Positions 9,967 to 19,292 of a DNA stretch of 64,000 bases are shown one piece after another. Position numbers and translations under genes: made by a program. Source of the DNA: a virus; the IMG/VR virus record IMGVR_UViG_3300043411_002995, positions 47,706 through 111,705 of that record; one strand, given 5' to 3'. The number at the start of each line of letters is the position of its first letter. Positions within the stretch are counted from its first letter, which is position 1. The notes below the pieces were generated by a model. That model was not told the origin of the DNA. It did not search any database and was given only the letters and a program-made list of their open reading frames with translations.

Positions 9967-9996
9967 TTGAGATCCCATCCTCTCACGGGATCTCAA
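9967..9996. repeat. perfect 10-bp inverted repeat TTGAGATCCC-N10-GGGATCTCAA
   Basis: Intergenic, upstream of the capsid genes, next to a minus-strand TTGACG at 9999-10004. Confidence 0.8.
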
Positions 9997-10005
9997 TACG
10001 TCAAC

Positions 10006-10863
10006 TCAGCCGTTGACGATGACCACGCCGGACTTCTTCTTCTCGGGCTCGGACTTCCCGCCGTTGATCGCGCGGTACGCGAGCGCGCCGCCGCCGAGGT
10101 ACAGCGCCGGCTTCTTCATCTTCTTGAGCTGGTCGTTGGTCACGCCGAGCTGCGTGCCGCCGATGTTGACGCCGAGCGCCTTGCCACCGGCCGCCCCGCC
10201 GCTCGCCGCCGAGGCGGCGGGCGTGACCGCCTGCCGGAGCTCCTTCATGGCGGGCAGGTGGGCGAAGCCCTTGTTGTCGCCCAGGATCGCGTGGACGGTG
10301 GCGTCGGGGTACTTCTTCCGGAGCTTCTCGACGAACTTCATCTTCTCGATGTCGCCGAGGCCATCGTAGGCCCGCGCCGAGCTCTTCCAGCTGCGGAGCG
10401 CGCTCTCCGCATGCTGCTTCGCCTTGTCGACGGTGGACCCGGCGCGACTGGAGCGCAGGCTCGAGCCGATCTCGCCGAAGAACCGGCGGATGCCGCCGGG
10501 TGCCGCGGCCTTCTCGAGGAACTCGGCGATCGCCTCGGGCGAATGGCCGGCCTCGAGCGCCACCTTGATGAAGGCGGCGGTGTCCACGGTGGGCGCCGCC
10601 GGCGCCGCCGTCTTGGTCTGGCCGCCGTCGATGGCGGCGATCTCCGCCATCGTCCGACGGATGATCTCGACGGACGCGACCTTCTCGGCCAGGGTCGCGT
10701 TCCCCGCCGCGACCTGGTCGGCCGGCGAGGCCTCGGCTGCACGGCGACACCGCGCGGCGAGCTTGGAGAAGTCGGGCTTCGCCGGCGCCGCCGTCTTGGT
10801 GTGCCGAGCGCCGAGGTTGTTCACCCCGGTCTCGTTGAGCAGCTCGTCGAGTGTGAAGCCCAT
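10006..10863 (-). CDS. putative head/internal protein with multiple K-x-A sites
   Basis: KTAA, KLAA, EKVA, KTAA, KVA, EKAA followed by a basic Gly/Ala-rich C-terminal part. Confidence 0.7.
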   Translation of the reverse strand: MGFTLDELLNETGVNNLGARHTKTAAPAKPDFSKLAARCRRAAEASPADQVAAGNATLAEKVASVEIIRRTMAEIAAIDGGQTKTAAPAAPTVDTAAFIKVALEAGHSPEAIAEFLEKAAAPGGIRRFFGEIGSSLRSSRAGSTVDKAKQHAESALRSWKSSARAYDGLGDIEKMKFVEKLRKKYPDATVHAILGDNKGFAHLPAMKELRQAVTPAASAASGGAAGGKALGVNIGGTQLGVTNDQLKKMKKPALYLGGGALAYRAINGGKSEPEKKKSGVVIVNG

Positions 10864-10901
10864 GTGAGTTCCCCCGGATCGAAGATCGGAAGCGACGGGG
10901 C

Positions 10902-11387
10902 TCAGCGGCCCATGTGCTTGGCGAGCAGCCGCGACACGTACTGCGGATCCGCCGCCATCTTGGCGAGGATCTTCTTCTTCCGCGCCCGGACCTTGGCGGC
11001 CGAGGTCTTCTCCTCGCCGCTGTCCTCCTTGGACTCGCGCGGCTCGGTCTTCTCCTCGTACTCGGAGTCGTCCTCCTCGTCGCCCTCCTTCTTCTCCTTC
11101 TTCTTGCCGCCCATGGCCGCGGCCATGGCCTCCTCGAAGGCGGACTTCTTGTCCGCCTCGCCGGCGCCCGGCATCGCCTCGTCGACGGCGATCTTCACCA
11201 TGTCGGCGAAGACGTGGTGGGCGAGGGTACGACCGATCGCGTCGTAGTCCTGCGCCTGCTTGAGGAGGCCGGGGTCGACCTGGCTGAGGTCGCGGGCGGG
11301 CGGGAGCCCCTGCGCGGCGCGCACCTGCGCGACCTTCTCGTGATCGCGCGACTGCATCGCGCCGAAGACTGCCTTGAGCGAGTTCAT
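10902..11387 (-). CDS. scaffold-like paralog A
   Basis: ATG 11387 with GGAG RBS; KQAQDYDAIGRTLAHHVFADMVKIA; acidic stretch. Confidence 0.7.
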   Translation of the reverse strand: MNSLKAVFGAMQSRDHEKVAQVRAAQGLPPARDLSQVDPGLLKQAQDYDAIGRTLAHHVFADMVKIAVDEAMPGAGEADKKSAFEEAMAAAMGGKKKEKKEGDEEDDSEYEEKTEPRESKEDSGEEKTSAAKVRARKKKILAKMAADPQYVSRLLAKHMGR

Positions 11388-11433
11388 GGTGTGCTCCGCG
11401 TTCGTGGGGGGAGGTGGGTCGGCTACGCCAGGC

Positions 11434-12147
11434 TCAGGCCTGGAGGTCGCGGACCGTGGCGAAGCCGAGCGGCGAGCCGCCACCCAGGCCGATCGCGGCC
11501 GCCTCGGGGTCGGTGCCGGTGCCCTGGCCGGCCGAGATGGTCTTGGTCGGGGCGAGGGTGTCCGAGTAGGTCTGCTTCGGGCCGGGGCCCGAGGTGACCA
11601 TCTTCTCGTCGTGGTTCGCCGACCCGGCGAAGTTGGTCTCGAGCGTGGGCAGGCCGCGCTCGCCGAGCGCCGGGGTCTTCGCCCCCGACTCCGACTCGGT
11701 CATCTGGTTGTCGGGGGCGGTCGTCGCCAGGCCCTCGGCCAGCTTGTGGAACTCGGAGAAGAAGCCGCGCGCCATGATGCGGCCGGCGGCGTCGTACTCC
11801 TGCGCGACCTTCATGATCTGGCCGTCGTCCTCGTCGGCGACCTGCTCCTCGGCCTCGGCGGCCGCGAGCTTCTCCGCCATGGCGGCGAAGTCGACGTCGT
11901 CCTGCTCGACCTCGGGCGCCGGCGCGTGAGCGGCGGCCGCGGCCTGCTTGACGTGATCCTGATCGGTGAGCGCGAGGTAGAGGCTGGCGAGCGAGTTCAT
12001 CTGGTCTCCTCCGGAGGCGAGCTTGGTGTGGTCGCCGCCGGTGGCGGCAGGCTTGCGCGCCGGCGGCGCGCCGGTCGCGGAATCGTGGGTCGTGGTCTCG
12101 GTGCTGGCGGACGCGAACTTGTTCATCAGGTCGCTGAGGGTGGGCAT
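11434..12147 (-). CDS. scaffold-like paralog B (possible internal start at 12000)
   Basis: KVAQEYDAAGRIMARGFFSEFHKLA; GGAGGAG RBS before internal Met. Confidence 0.7.
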   Translation of the reverse strand: MPTLSDLMNKFASASTETTTHDSATGAPPARKPAATGGDHTKLASGGDQMNSLASLYLALTDQDHVKQAAAAAHAPAPEVEQDDVDFAAMAEKLAAAEAEEQVADEDDGQIMKVAQEYDAAGRIMARGFFSEFHKLAEGLATTAPDNQMTESESGAKTPALGERGLPTLETNFAGSANHDEKMVTSGPGPKQTYSDTLAPTKTISAGQGTGTDPEAAAIGLGGGSPLGFATVRDLQA

Positions 12148-12149
12148 GG

Positions 12150-13967
12150 TCAGATCTCCTTCATGCGCCGCGCGAGCCGCTGGACCGACTCGAGGATCGA
12201 GGCGTCGAGAGCCGGATCGCTCATCAGCCCGCCGAACTTGGTGAGGTGGTGAGTCGCGCGATCGTGCGGTGCTGCAACAGACGCGAGTCGCTCGAAGCCT
12301 CCACGGCTCCCGGCTTGCGATCGTTGCTGTTGAACACCTGCATGGATGTACGCGAGTGGGATCAATCCTGTGATCCCGGCCGTCTTGCGCTGATGGTAGG
12401 CTGGGCCGTTTTTTGCGTCAAGTCCGGCACCTGTGCCGTGGGGCTCCAGATCCCGCGGCGCCCCCAGCTGTTGCGCTGCCACGGTCGCCCCGACACCTGC
12501 GCTGATCAGGAGCGGGAGCATCCAAGGGTGCTTCGCGATCGCGCGCACCGGCGACGGCGCCTTCTCGACCAGCTGGGGGAACGCCCGACGGAAGACCATG
12601 AACCCGGCGGCGAGTGCGAGGCTGGCGGGCACCACGCCGGGCATACCCGACGAGAGCCGTCGCTGCTCGTTCGTCATGGGATACCACTGGCTGTCGCGGT
12701 TGTACCCCTCGATCTCCCCGCGCTTCTCCATCCGCTCGAGGCGGGCGGCGAGGATCTCGGGATAGCAGCTCCGGTCGGCGATGTAGGGGCGCAGCTGCAG
12801 CGCGACCTTCTCGCTGACGTCGTGCTCGCTCAGGTGCTCGAGCTCGCGTGCCCACTTCGGCATCGGGCCAGGCCGGTGCTCGTCGAACACCAGGCGGTGG
12901 GCCGCCAGCTTGTCCGCGAGGGCACGGGCGCCCTGCTTGACCAGGATGATCCGCTGGAACTCCTGCGGGCGCAGGTCGATCCCCAACGCGGCGAGCGTGG
13001 CGAAGATCTCGCGCAGCGGGAAGCCCGTGAGCTGGTTGAGCAGCGCCGGCGGCAACGCCGGCTCGGTCGACTTGACCGCACCGGCGTCCTCCATGAAGGC
13101 GTCGACCTTCGCCTGGTCGGACGGCGTCACGCCCTCGATCTTCGTCTCGCCCGCCGGGACCTCCTTGGTCAGGTCGGCGGTCTTGCGCGCCGAGCTCGCC
13201 TTCTCGGCGGCCGCGTACTTGGCGTAGAAGCTCTCGCCGAGCTCGGCCGAGCTCGGCCGGATCTCGTAGATGCACCCATCGTGCGCGACCTTCTTCAAGA
13301 CGTGGCTCGCCTTCTCGGCACCGATCGTCACGAAGGAAATGTCGAAGAACTTCGGCTTGTCGTTGAACGCGAAGACCCGCCGTCCGTCCGGCAGGATCTT
13401 GTTCATCTGGTAGCGGAGGTGCGGGCAGTACTCGGCCCGGTTCTTCGCGCGGTTGCCGCAGACGGAGCAGCGGTCCCACGGGACCCGGCACCCCATCGAG
13501 ACGTCCCAGTACCGGTTCGCGGCGAGGTCGCCGAGGATGTCCTGGCACTTCGCGTCGTCGACGCGGACGATCAGCAGGACGCGGTGCATGCCCGGGTCGT
13601 AGGCCGAGAGCGTGACCTTCTCGCCGTACGCCCGCGCCGGGTCCTTGTTGACGTGGTGCTTGAACGGGTAGGCGTAGTGCTGGAACGTCTCGTAGCCGTA
13701 CTCGGGACCGGGGTGGCGCAGCGCCTCCTCGGGGAAGTAGTCGCCGTTGACGTTCGACCCGTAGTACTCGCCCGACCCCATCGCGTCGATGAGCAGCTGG
13801 GTCTTGCCCGGGATCGGCGCCGCCGATCGCAGGTACTGCTCGATGGACGCGGGGAGCTCGCGCGCCATCTTGATGTGGCCGATCGACCGCTCGAGGTTGG
13901 CCTCGATCGGGAAGATGTGCGGGCCGGTCCGCGCGTCGTACCCAGCGTAGTTGATCAGCTTGTACAA
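12150..13967 (-). CDS. prohead maturation protease with Zn-finger insertion and long C-terminal extension
   Basis: Probable TTG start 13967; FKHH, VSMGC (putative catalytic Ser), CSVC...CPH, FFDISFV.IGA resemble HK97/assemblin-fold prohead proteases; upstream of MCP. Confidence 0.7.
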   Translation of the reverse strand: MYKLINYAGYDARTGPHIFPIEANLERSIGHIKMARELPASIEQYLRSAAPIPGKTQLLIDAMGSGEYYGSNVNGDYFPEEALRHPGPEYGYETFQHYAYPFKHHVNKDPARAYGEKVTLSAYDPGMHRVLLIVRVDDAKCQDILGDLAANRYWDVSMGCRVPWDRCSVCGNRAKNRAEYCPHLRYQMNKILPDGRRVFAFNDKPKFFDISFVTIGAEKASHVLKKVAHDGCIYEIRPSSAELGESFYAKYAAAEKASSARKTADLTKEVPAGETKIEGVTPSDQAKVDAFMEDAGAVKSTEPALPPALLNQLTGFPLREIFATLAALGIDLRPQEFQRIILVKQGARALADKLAAHRLVFDEHRPGPMPKWARELEHLSEHDVSEKVALQLRPYIADRSCYPEILAARLERMEKRGEIEGYNRDSQWYPMTNEQRRLSSGMPGVVPASLALAAGFMVFRRAFPQLVEKAPSPVRAIAKHPWMLPLLISAGVGATVAAQQLGAPRDLEPHGTGAGLDAKNGPAYHQRKTAGITGLIPLAYIHAGVQQQRSQAGSRGGFERLASVAAPHDRATHHLTKFGGLMSDPALDASILESVQRLARRMKEI

Positions 13968-13971
13968 GCGA

Positions 13972-14811
13972 TCACTTCCACCGGGCGTTCCCGCCCGCGA
14001 CGGACGCTGACGGCCTGACCCGCGGCGTCTGCGGCGCCTGCTCGCTCCGAGCTTCGGCCGCCTGCATCCGCTGCACCTTCTCCTCGATGGTGACCGGCCC
14101 ACGCTTCGGCGCCGTCGGCCGGACTGCGCCGCCCATCCGCCCCTCGCGGATCTCGCCCACGTTGCGGTTGGCATCGGACCAGCGCTGAGCCTTGTTCGAG
14201 GGGGCGTTGTAGGCGGCCTCGGCGCGCGCCTTGGTCGCGGTGTAGTCCGTCCTCCGCGCCTGCATCCGCGCCTTGCGCGCGTCGGCCTCGGCCTGCGTGA
14301 GCTGCTTCCCAGAACCTGACGCGCGCGCCTGGGCGTTGACCAGCTCGCCGCCGACCATCACCTTGCGGCCCGGCGCGTTGTTGGCGTCGAACTTCTTGTT
14401 GTAGGCCTGCTCGCTGATGACGCGCTGCGCGCGCTGCGGGGCTGTCTCCCACGGCACGCCGGGGTCACCGCGACCGCCACCGCCCCCCTGCTTCTTCGGG
14501 GTGGCGGGCGGTGGAGTCGGATCTCCGGCCTTGCTCGGGCGGTAGCCGGGCGACGGACGCCATCCCTGGGGTGCGTTCTTCGCCGGCGACTCCATCTTCT
14601 GGGTCGGGATGGCGCCGAGCAGGTTGCCGCCGGGCGCGCCCATCTGGTTGGGCGGCTTGGGCGCCGGCGCGCCGGGGACGCCGGTCGAAGGAGGGCGAAC
14701 GATGCCGCCGGGCGGCGGCGGACGTGGAACCGACGGCACGCCAGCCGGCGCACCCCAAGGCCCTGCGACCTTGAGGAGCTCGTCGGCGAAGCCTGCGAGG
14801 TATCGGTTCAC
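13972..14811 (-). CDS. Pro/Gly-rich basic putative internal protein with GFADELLKVA tag
   Basis: GTG start, MNRYLAGFADELLKVAG. Confidence 0.75.
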   Translation of the reverse strand: MNRYLAGFADELLKVAGPWGAPAGVPSVPRPPPPGGIVRPPSTGVPGAPAPKPPNQMGAPGGNLLGAIPTQKMESPAKNAPQGWRPSPGYRPSKAGDPTPPPATPKKQGGGGGRGDPGVPWETAPQRAQRVISEQAYNKKFDANNAPGRKVMVGGELVNAQARASGSGKQLTQAEADARKARMQARRTDYTATKARAEAAYNAPSNKAQRWSDANRNVGEIREGRMGGAVRPTAPKRGPVTIEEKVQRMQAAEARSEQAPQTPRVRPSASVAGGNARWK

Positions 14812-14823
14812 GTCGATGGCCGA

Positions 14824-15228
14824 TCAGCCGCCCTGCGGGCGCGGCGGGAGCGGACCGTTGCCCAGGGTGACCTTGGCCTTCGGCGCGGCCTTCGGCGCGG
14901 GCATGCCCGGGTTCTTGTGCTGGCCGGTGACCGGGTTCATCTTGGTCTTGCTGCCGAACGCCTGGCCGGGGGCGTTGGTGTCGGTGGGCGCCGGGACCTT
15001 GGGCACGCCGCCGCCCGGGCCCTTGCGGCCGGCGCGGCCACCCGCGAACGGGTCGTAGCCCGAACCGGTGGCGTCGGCGAGCTTGCTCAGCTCGTCGGCG
15101 AACGCGCGCGCGGTGATCCGGCCCGCGGCGTCCTCCTCCTCCGCCTGCTTGATGATCTCGGCAGCCTGCTTCTCGAGCTCGGCATCCTTCGACGCCATGG
15201 TGTCGTACACGTCCGTGAGGGTTCGCAT
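14824..15228 (-). CDS. scaffold-like paralog C
   Basis: KQAEEEDAAGRITARAFADELSKLA; GGAG RBS. Confidence 0.75.
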   Translation of the reverse strand: MRTLTDVYDTMASKDAELEKQAAEIIKQAEEEDAAGRITARAFADELSKLADATGSGYDPFAGGRAGRKGPGGGVPKVPAPTDTNAPGQAFGSKTKMNPVTGQHKNPGMPAPKAAPKAKVTLGNGPLPPRPQGG

Positions 15229-15246
15229 CTCCGTGTCTCCTTCGGG

Positions 15247-16236
15247 CTAGCGCCCCGTGATCAGTTTTCGCACGCCGCCCAGAACAGTACCAGCGGCGTT
15301 GACAGGCGGCTTGCGCCCGAACATCCGCCCCACCCGGCGCGTCGCGCCGCCGGCGAGGCCCAGGCCCATCTTGCCGAGGACCAGGGCGGCGATGGCCGAC
15401 CCCTGTGGGCTGCTGGTGATGGCCTTCACGGCCTCGTCGGCCTTGCCGGCCGCGCCGCGCGCGGCGATGCCGACGTTCTTCTTGAACTCGCTGCCGCGAT
15501 CGCCGATGTAGTTCGAGGCGCGGTTCGCGTACTCCTCGGCGGAGGCGGCGCTCTTCTCGATCCCGAAGGACGTGCCGAGGAACCGGGGCGAGGCGTGCTT
15601 GCCCATCTGCGAGCTCGAGGTTGCGCGGAGCGACATCGAGCCGCCCTCCACGAGCCCGTGCTTCGCGCCGGGGGCGCCGTGGCTGGGCGCGCGCGCCTCG
15701 CTGCTGTGGAAGCGCTCGCCACCGGCCTCGAGCGGCGCCGGCTGCTCCTTGGCCGGACGGTGGAACCCGGTCGGCAGGCCGCTGTCGGCGTCCCAGTCGC
15801 TGGGCGCCGCGCCCGCGCACTTCACCGCGCCCTTCTTCTTGGGCTGGCCGGTGCCGTACATGCCGCCGCCGGCCTCCTCGCCACCGGAGTCCATCCCGCC
15901 AGGGGTCACGGCGGGGCTGGCGCCGGCCGGCTCGCTCGGCTTGGCCGGCTTGGTCGACGGGTCGTCCTTCGCGGCCTCCGCCATCTTCTGGTGGAAGGTC
16001 GCGTCGTCACGCCCGGGGAGGTCGCGGAAGAACCGCCCGCCGCGCGGCTGCGCGGCCTTCTGGAAGAACATCCCATCGCCAGCGACCTTCCCGAGCGGCT
16101 GGCGCTCGGGGTTGGTCTGCGGGTGCTTCTTCTCGGGGAGGTCGCTCATGTTCGGGGTCTCCTTCGCCCACTCTCGCGCCTTCTTGGGGTTCGTGGCGAA
16201 GAAGAGGCGCTGCTGGGCCTTGGACTCGAAGGGCAC
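15247..16236 (-). CDS. putative head/internal protein
   Basis: MPFESKAQQRLFFA N-terminus; KVA, KAA, KMA, KCA, KHA, KSA sites; basic amphipathic C-terminus. Confidence 0.7.
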   Translation of the reverse strand: MPFESKAQQRLFFATNPKKAREWAKETPNMSDLPEKKHPQTNPERQPLGKVAGDGMFFQKAAQPRGGRFFRDLPGRDDATFHQKMAEAAKDDPSTKPAKPSEPAGASPAVTPGGMDSGGEEAGGGMYGTGQPKKKGAVKCAGAAPSDWDADSGLPTGFHRPAKEQPAPLEAGGERFHSSEARAPSHGAPGAKHGLVEGGSMSLRATSSSQMGKHASPRFLGTSFGIEKSAASAEEYANRASNYIGDRGSEFKKNVGIAARGAAGKADEAVKAITSSPQGSAIAALVLGKMGLGLAGGATRRVGRMFGRKPPVNAAGTVLGGVRKLITGR

Positions 16237-16240
16237 GCGA

Positions 16241-17092
16241 TCAGCCTTCGCTGGCGCCGCCGCGGAGGCGCTCCTGCAGGGCGGTGTGGTAGGCCATCAC
16301 GCCCTCCTTCCGACCGAGCATCCGGGCCTTCTGGGCGACCTCCATCACGTCGTTGGTCCCCTCGTCGTAGCCCTTCTGCTTGCCCTTGCTGCTGCCGAGC
16401 GCCGCACCACCGACACCGGCGGCGGCGCCGAGGCCGAGCATCTTGGCGACGCCGCGGCCGGCGCTGGGCGCGGTCTGCGCGGCCGGGCGCCCGAAGCGCA
16501 TCATGCGGGCGAGGCGCCCCGCACCGGGCGAGGCGACCTTGACGAGTTCGTCCTGGAATCCGCGCATGAAGTTCATCGGCATCGCCTTCTTCTCCTGGGG
16601 CTGACTCGACTGCTCGAGCATACAGCGGACGAACGCCGCCTTGGGTGGAACTGCCTTGCGTGTCGCTACGTGATCGATGAGGTACTCGCTGAACGTGTCG
16701 GCGAAGTCCTCTTCCGGGCTCGTCTTGGCGTACTCGTCGACGAACCCAGCGCCGGCGGTGGACGCCGTCCACGCGGCGAGCAGCCGCGGGTTCGTTCGCA
16801 CGATCGTGTGGGCGAGTTCATGAAAGACAGATCGCCGAAACTGCTCAGGATCGATCCGGTCGCCATCGTACACGCCCTTGTCGTAAACGACAATTGCACC
16901 CTCGGCCGGCTCGTACTTCGAGTGCCCCGGTGCGCTCGGCGGCGCATCTTCGAGGACCGGGCGCCGGACGAGCGTGCGGAGGTTCGGGTTCTCCTCGAGC
17001 CAGCGCGCGGGGAGCGGTGCGAGGAACCGCTGCAGCTCGGCCACCTCCGCCGGCGTCCAACGGCCCTCGAGCTCGAGCCCGCGAACCCTCAC
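16241..17092 (-). CDS. zincin metallopeptidase domain fused to a GFQDELVKVA-tagged module
   Basis: VFHELAH...YAKTSPEEDFADTF; internal MPMNFMRGFQDELVKVA at 16582 with upstream GGAG. Confidence 0.7.
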   Translation of the reverse strand: MRVRGLELEGRWTPAEVAELQRFLAPLPARWLEENPNLRTLVRRPVLEDAPPSAPGHSKYEPAEGAIVVYDKGVYDGDRIDPEQFRRSVFHELAHTIVRTNPRLLAAWTASTAGAGFVDEYAKTSPEEDFADTFSEYLIDHVATRKAVPPKAAFVRCMLEQSSQPQEKKAMPMNFMRGFQDELVKVASPGAGRLARMMRFGRPAAQTAPSAGRGVAKMLGLGAAAGVGGAALGSSKGKQKGYDEGTNDVMEVAQKARMLGRKEGVMAYHTALQERLRGGASEG

Positions 17093-18576
17093 AGGACCTT
17101 CTTGAGGTCGGCGAAGAGCTTCGTGAGGATGCCGCCGGCGAGCGCCGACCCAAGGCCGACCAGGCCGGCGAATCGGAGCGGGTGCTGCTCGCGCCAGCTC
17201 TCGGACGCGTGGCGAATCCCCGGCGTCGGCGTCTTGATGGTGGGGAGCAGCTCGTAGGGGTGTCGCCCGGTGATGAACGCGTCGCGCTCGGAGGGATGGA
17301 TGCGGGCGCGGATGTGCTTGCCGGACTCGGTGCCGTAGAGGTACATCGCGCCCATCGCGGCGGGGATCGCGGTGGTCAACGCGCCGGCGACGAAGTCCGG
17401 GGAGGTCCCGACCTCCTTGGCGGCGCCGGCGATCCGACGGCCGGCACCAGGTGAACCCATGATCTCGGCGGACTGGTGTCCGATCTGCGAGCCGATGTGC
17501 TTGAGGTCGTCCCAGGTATCACCGACGAAGCGGCCGATGCCGATGGCTCCACCTCTGGCGGCGTCGATGATGCCGCTGGTCTTCTCGATGTCCTCCGGCG
17601 GCTCCTGCGCCTCCACCCGCGCCTGCCGCATGTACTTCCGCGCGAGCGCCAGGCCGACGATCGGCGGGATGGTGCCCAGGAGGTAGCTCGCCCAAGCCGG
17701 ACCGAGCCGCTTGAACGACGCCCGCGCGGCCGCGGGGCCTTCGGTCTTGGCGATGTGCGAGAGGGCGAGGATCGAGGCCTTGGCCTCGGGGTAGAGCTGC
17801 GTCGCGGCCAGCGTGGCGCCCATGATCTCCGGGGCGTTGTCCTGCATGAAGGAGATCGCCTTGTCGTCGATCGTGCCTGGCATCATCTCCTTGATGCGGT
17901 CGCCAGCGATCAGCGCGATCGGCAGCGCCGCGTAGGCGGCGCGCTGCAGGCCGGGGCCGACCTTGGAGCGCACCTTGCCGAGCCGGCTGCCGGTGAAGTC
18001 GGCGGCATGGCCGAGTTCGTGGAGGACCTTCTCCTTGCCGATCTCCTTGAGGAAGACCTCCTTGGTCGCGTGGTTGTAGTAGTTCCCGCTGAGCAGGCCG
18101 TTCTGGAAGTTCAGGCGAACGCCCTTGTTGGCCAGGTCGTGCTTGCCGATGAAGGAGTCGACGACCTTCTGGATCTCGGGGATCTTCTTCGCCGCCTCCA
18201 TGATGGCGTCCTTGTCCGCGGCATCGTGGGCCAGCCGCAGACGGGCGGAGACGTTGAAGAGGCCCATCAGCTTGGACGGCTGCACCTGCGGCCGCGCTTC
18301 CGCCAGCGTGGGCGCGTTGCGGAGCTGCAGCGCGTTGTGCCAGGAGACCGATCCCTTGTCCGCCACGTTCCCGAGCGCCCAGCCGGCCCCCATCGTCGCG
18401 AGCCGGCGCGCGAACGGCGCGGTGCCGAGCGCGACGAGGCTCGCGATCGCGCGCTCGCCAGGATCGAGGCTGGTCGGGCTCGTCTCCCGCTCGGGCGGCA
18501 GGTACGGCGCCGTCGACGGCGCGTCGACGGCCGTCTTCTCGCTCAAGAAGACGCGGAGCGGGTCAGGGCGGGCCAT
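17089..18576 (-). CDS. membrane-associated zinc metallopeptidase (YugP/Zn_peptidase_2-like), paralog of 30766-31869
   Basis: VLHELGHA, EAKAS..AL, WASYLL; several hydrophobic helices; SEKTA near the N-terminus. Confidence 0.65.
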   Translation of the reverse strand: MARPDPLRVFLSEKTAVDAPSTAPYLPPERETSPTSLDPGERAIASLVALGTAPFARRLATMGAGWALGNVADKGSVSWHNALQLRNAPTLAEARPQVQPSKLMGLFNVSARLRLAHDAADKDAIMEAAKKIPEIQKVVDSFIGKHDLANKGVRLNFQNGLLSGNYYNHATKEVFLKEIGKEKVLHELGHAADFTGSRLGKVRSKVGPGLQRAAYAALPIALIAGDRIKEMMPGTIDDKAISFMQDNAPEIMGATLAATQLYPEAKASILALSHIAKTEGPAAARASFKRLGPAWASYLLGTIPPIVGLALARKYMRQARVEAQEPPEDIEKTSGIIDAARGGAIGIGRFVGDTWDDLKHIGSQIGHQSAEIMGSPGAGRRIAGAAKEVGTSPDFVAGALTTAIPAAMGAMYLYGTESGKHIRARIHPSERDAFITGRHPYELLPTIKTPTPGIRHASESWREQHPLRFAGLVGLGSALAGGILTKLFADLKKVL

Positions 18577-18583
18577 GTGGAGA

Positions 18584-19288
18584 TCACACCCCCATCGCCT
18601 TCGTCGCGAACTCGCCGGCCTTGATCGGCGAGGGGCGCCCGCTGCCGCGGCGCTGCTCGTTCATCTCGTCGATGCTGGCCTGGGCCTCGGCGAGCATCTT
18701 GACCTCGCCGGGGGCGACGTTCCGGCTCATCGTGCTCGCGGTCAGCCACGTGCCCGCGACGAGCGGATCGGCGGCGAGGGTGGGGGCGTAGCGGGCGAGC
18801 ACCCCGAAGTGGCTCGCCACCAGCCCCGGCTTGGTCTCCTCGACGTCCTTCAGGTTCGGATGCACGTCGTAGAGCTGCGCGTAGGACGACTGGATGTCGT
18901 TGTCGACCTGCTTGTCGCGGCTGTGGCGCAGCAGGCCCTGCACGCCCGCGGTGGCGCCCGCGGTCATCGCGGACAGCGCGAGCATCTTGGCCAGGTTGAG
19001 CCCGACGTCCGACCAGCCCGGCGAGAGCCGGCCCGCGCCCTCGGCCACCTCCTTCACGCCGGTCGCTCCGCCCGTGCGGAGCTTCTCGAGGAGGCTCAGC
19101 GGTGGCTGGACGACCTTCTTGGCCACGTCGTCGGCGCCGCCGCGGAGCCGACTGAACCAGCTGGCAGCCTCTTTCTGGAGGGCCTGCTTGATCAGGCGCT
19201 GGCGAACGGTCGCGACCTCGTCCGCGGCCTGCTTGGACAGGAGACCGTTGGCGAGGCAGGCATCAAGGAGCTCGGCGGACGTGGCCAT
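18584..19288 (-). CDS. putative head/internal protein
   Basis: ATG 19288 with GAGG RBS; SKQAA, QKEAA; central hydrophobic helix. Confidence 0.7.
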   Translation of the reverse strand: MATSAELLDACLANGLLSKQAADEVATVRQRLIKQALQKEAASWFSRLRGGADDVAKKVVQPPLSLLEKLRTGGATGVKEVAEGAGRLSPGWSDVGLNLAKMLALSAMTAGATAGVQGLLRHSRDKQVDNDIQSSYAQLYDVHPNLKDVEETKPGLVASHFGVLARYAPTLAADPLVAGTWLTASTMSRNVAPGEVKMLAEAQASIDEMNEQRRGSGRPSPIKAGEFATKAMGV

Positions 19289-19292
19289 CTGA

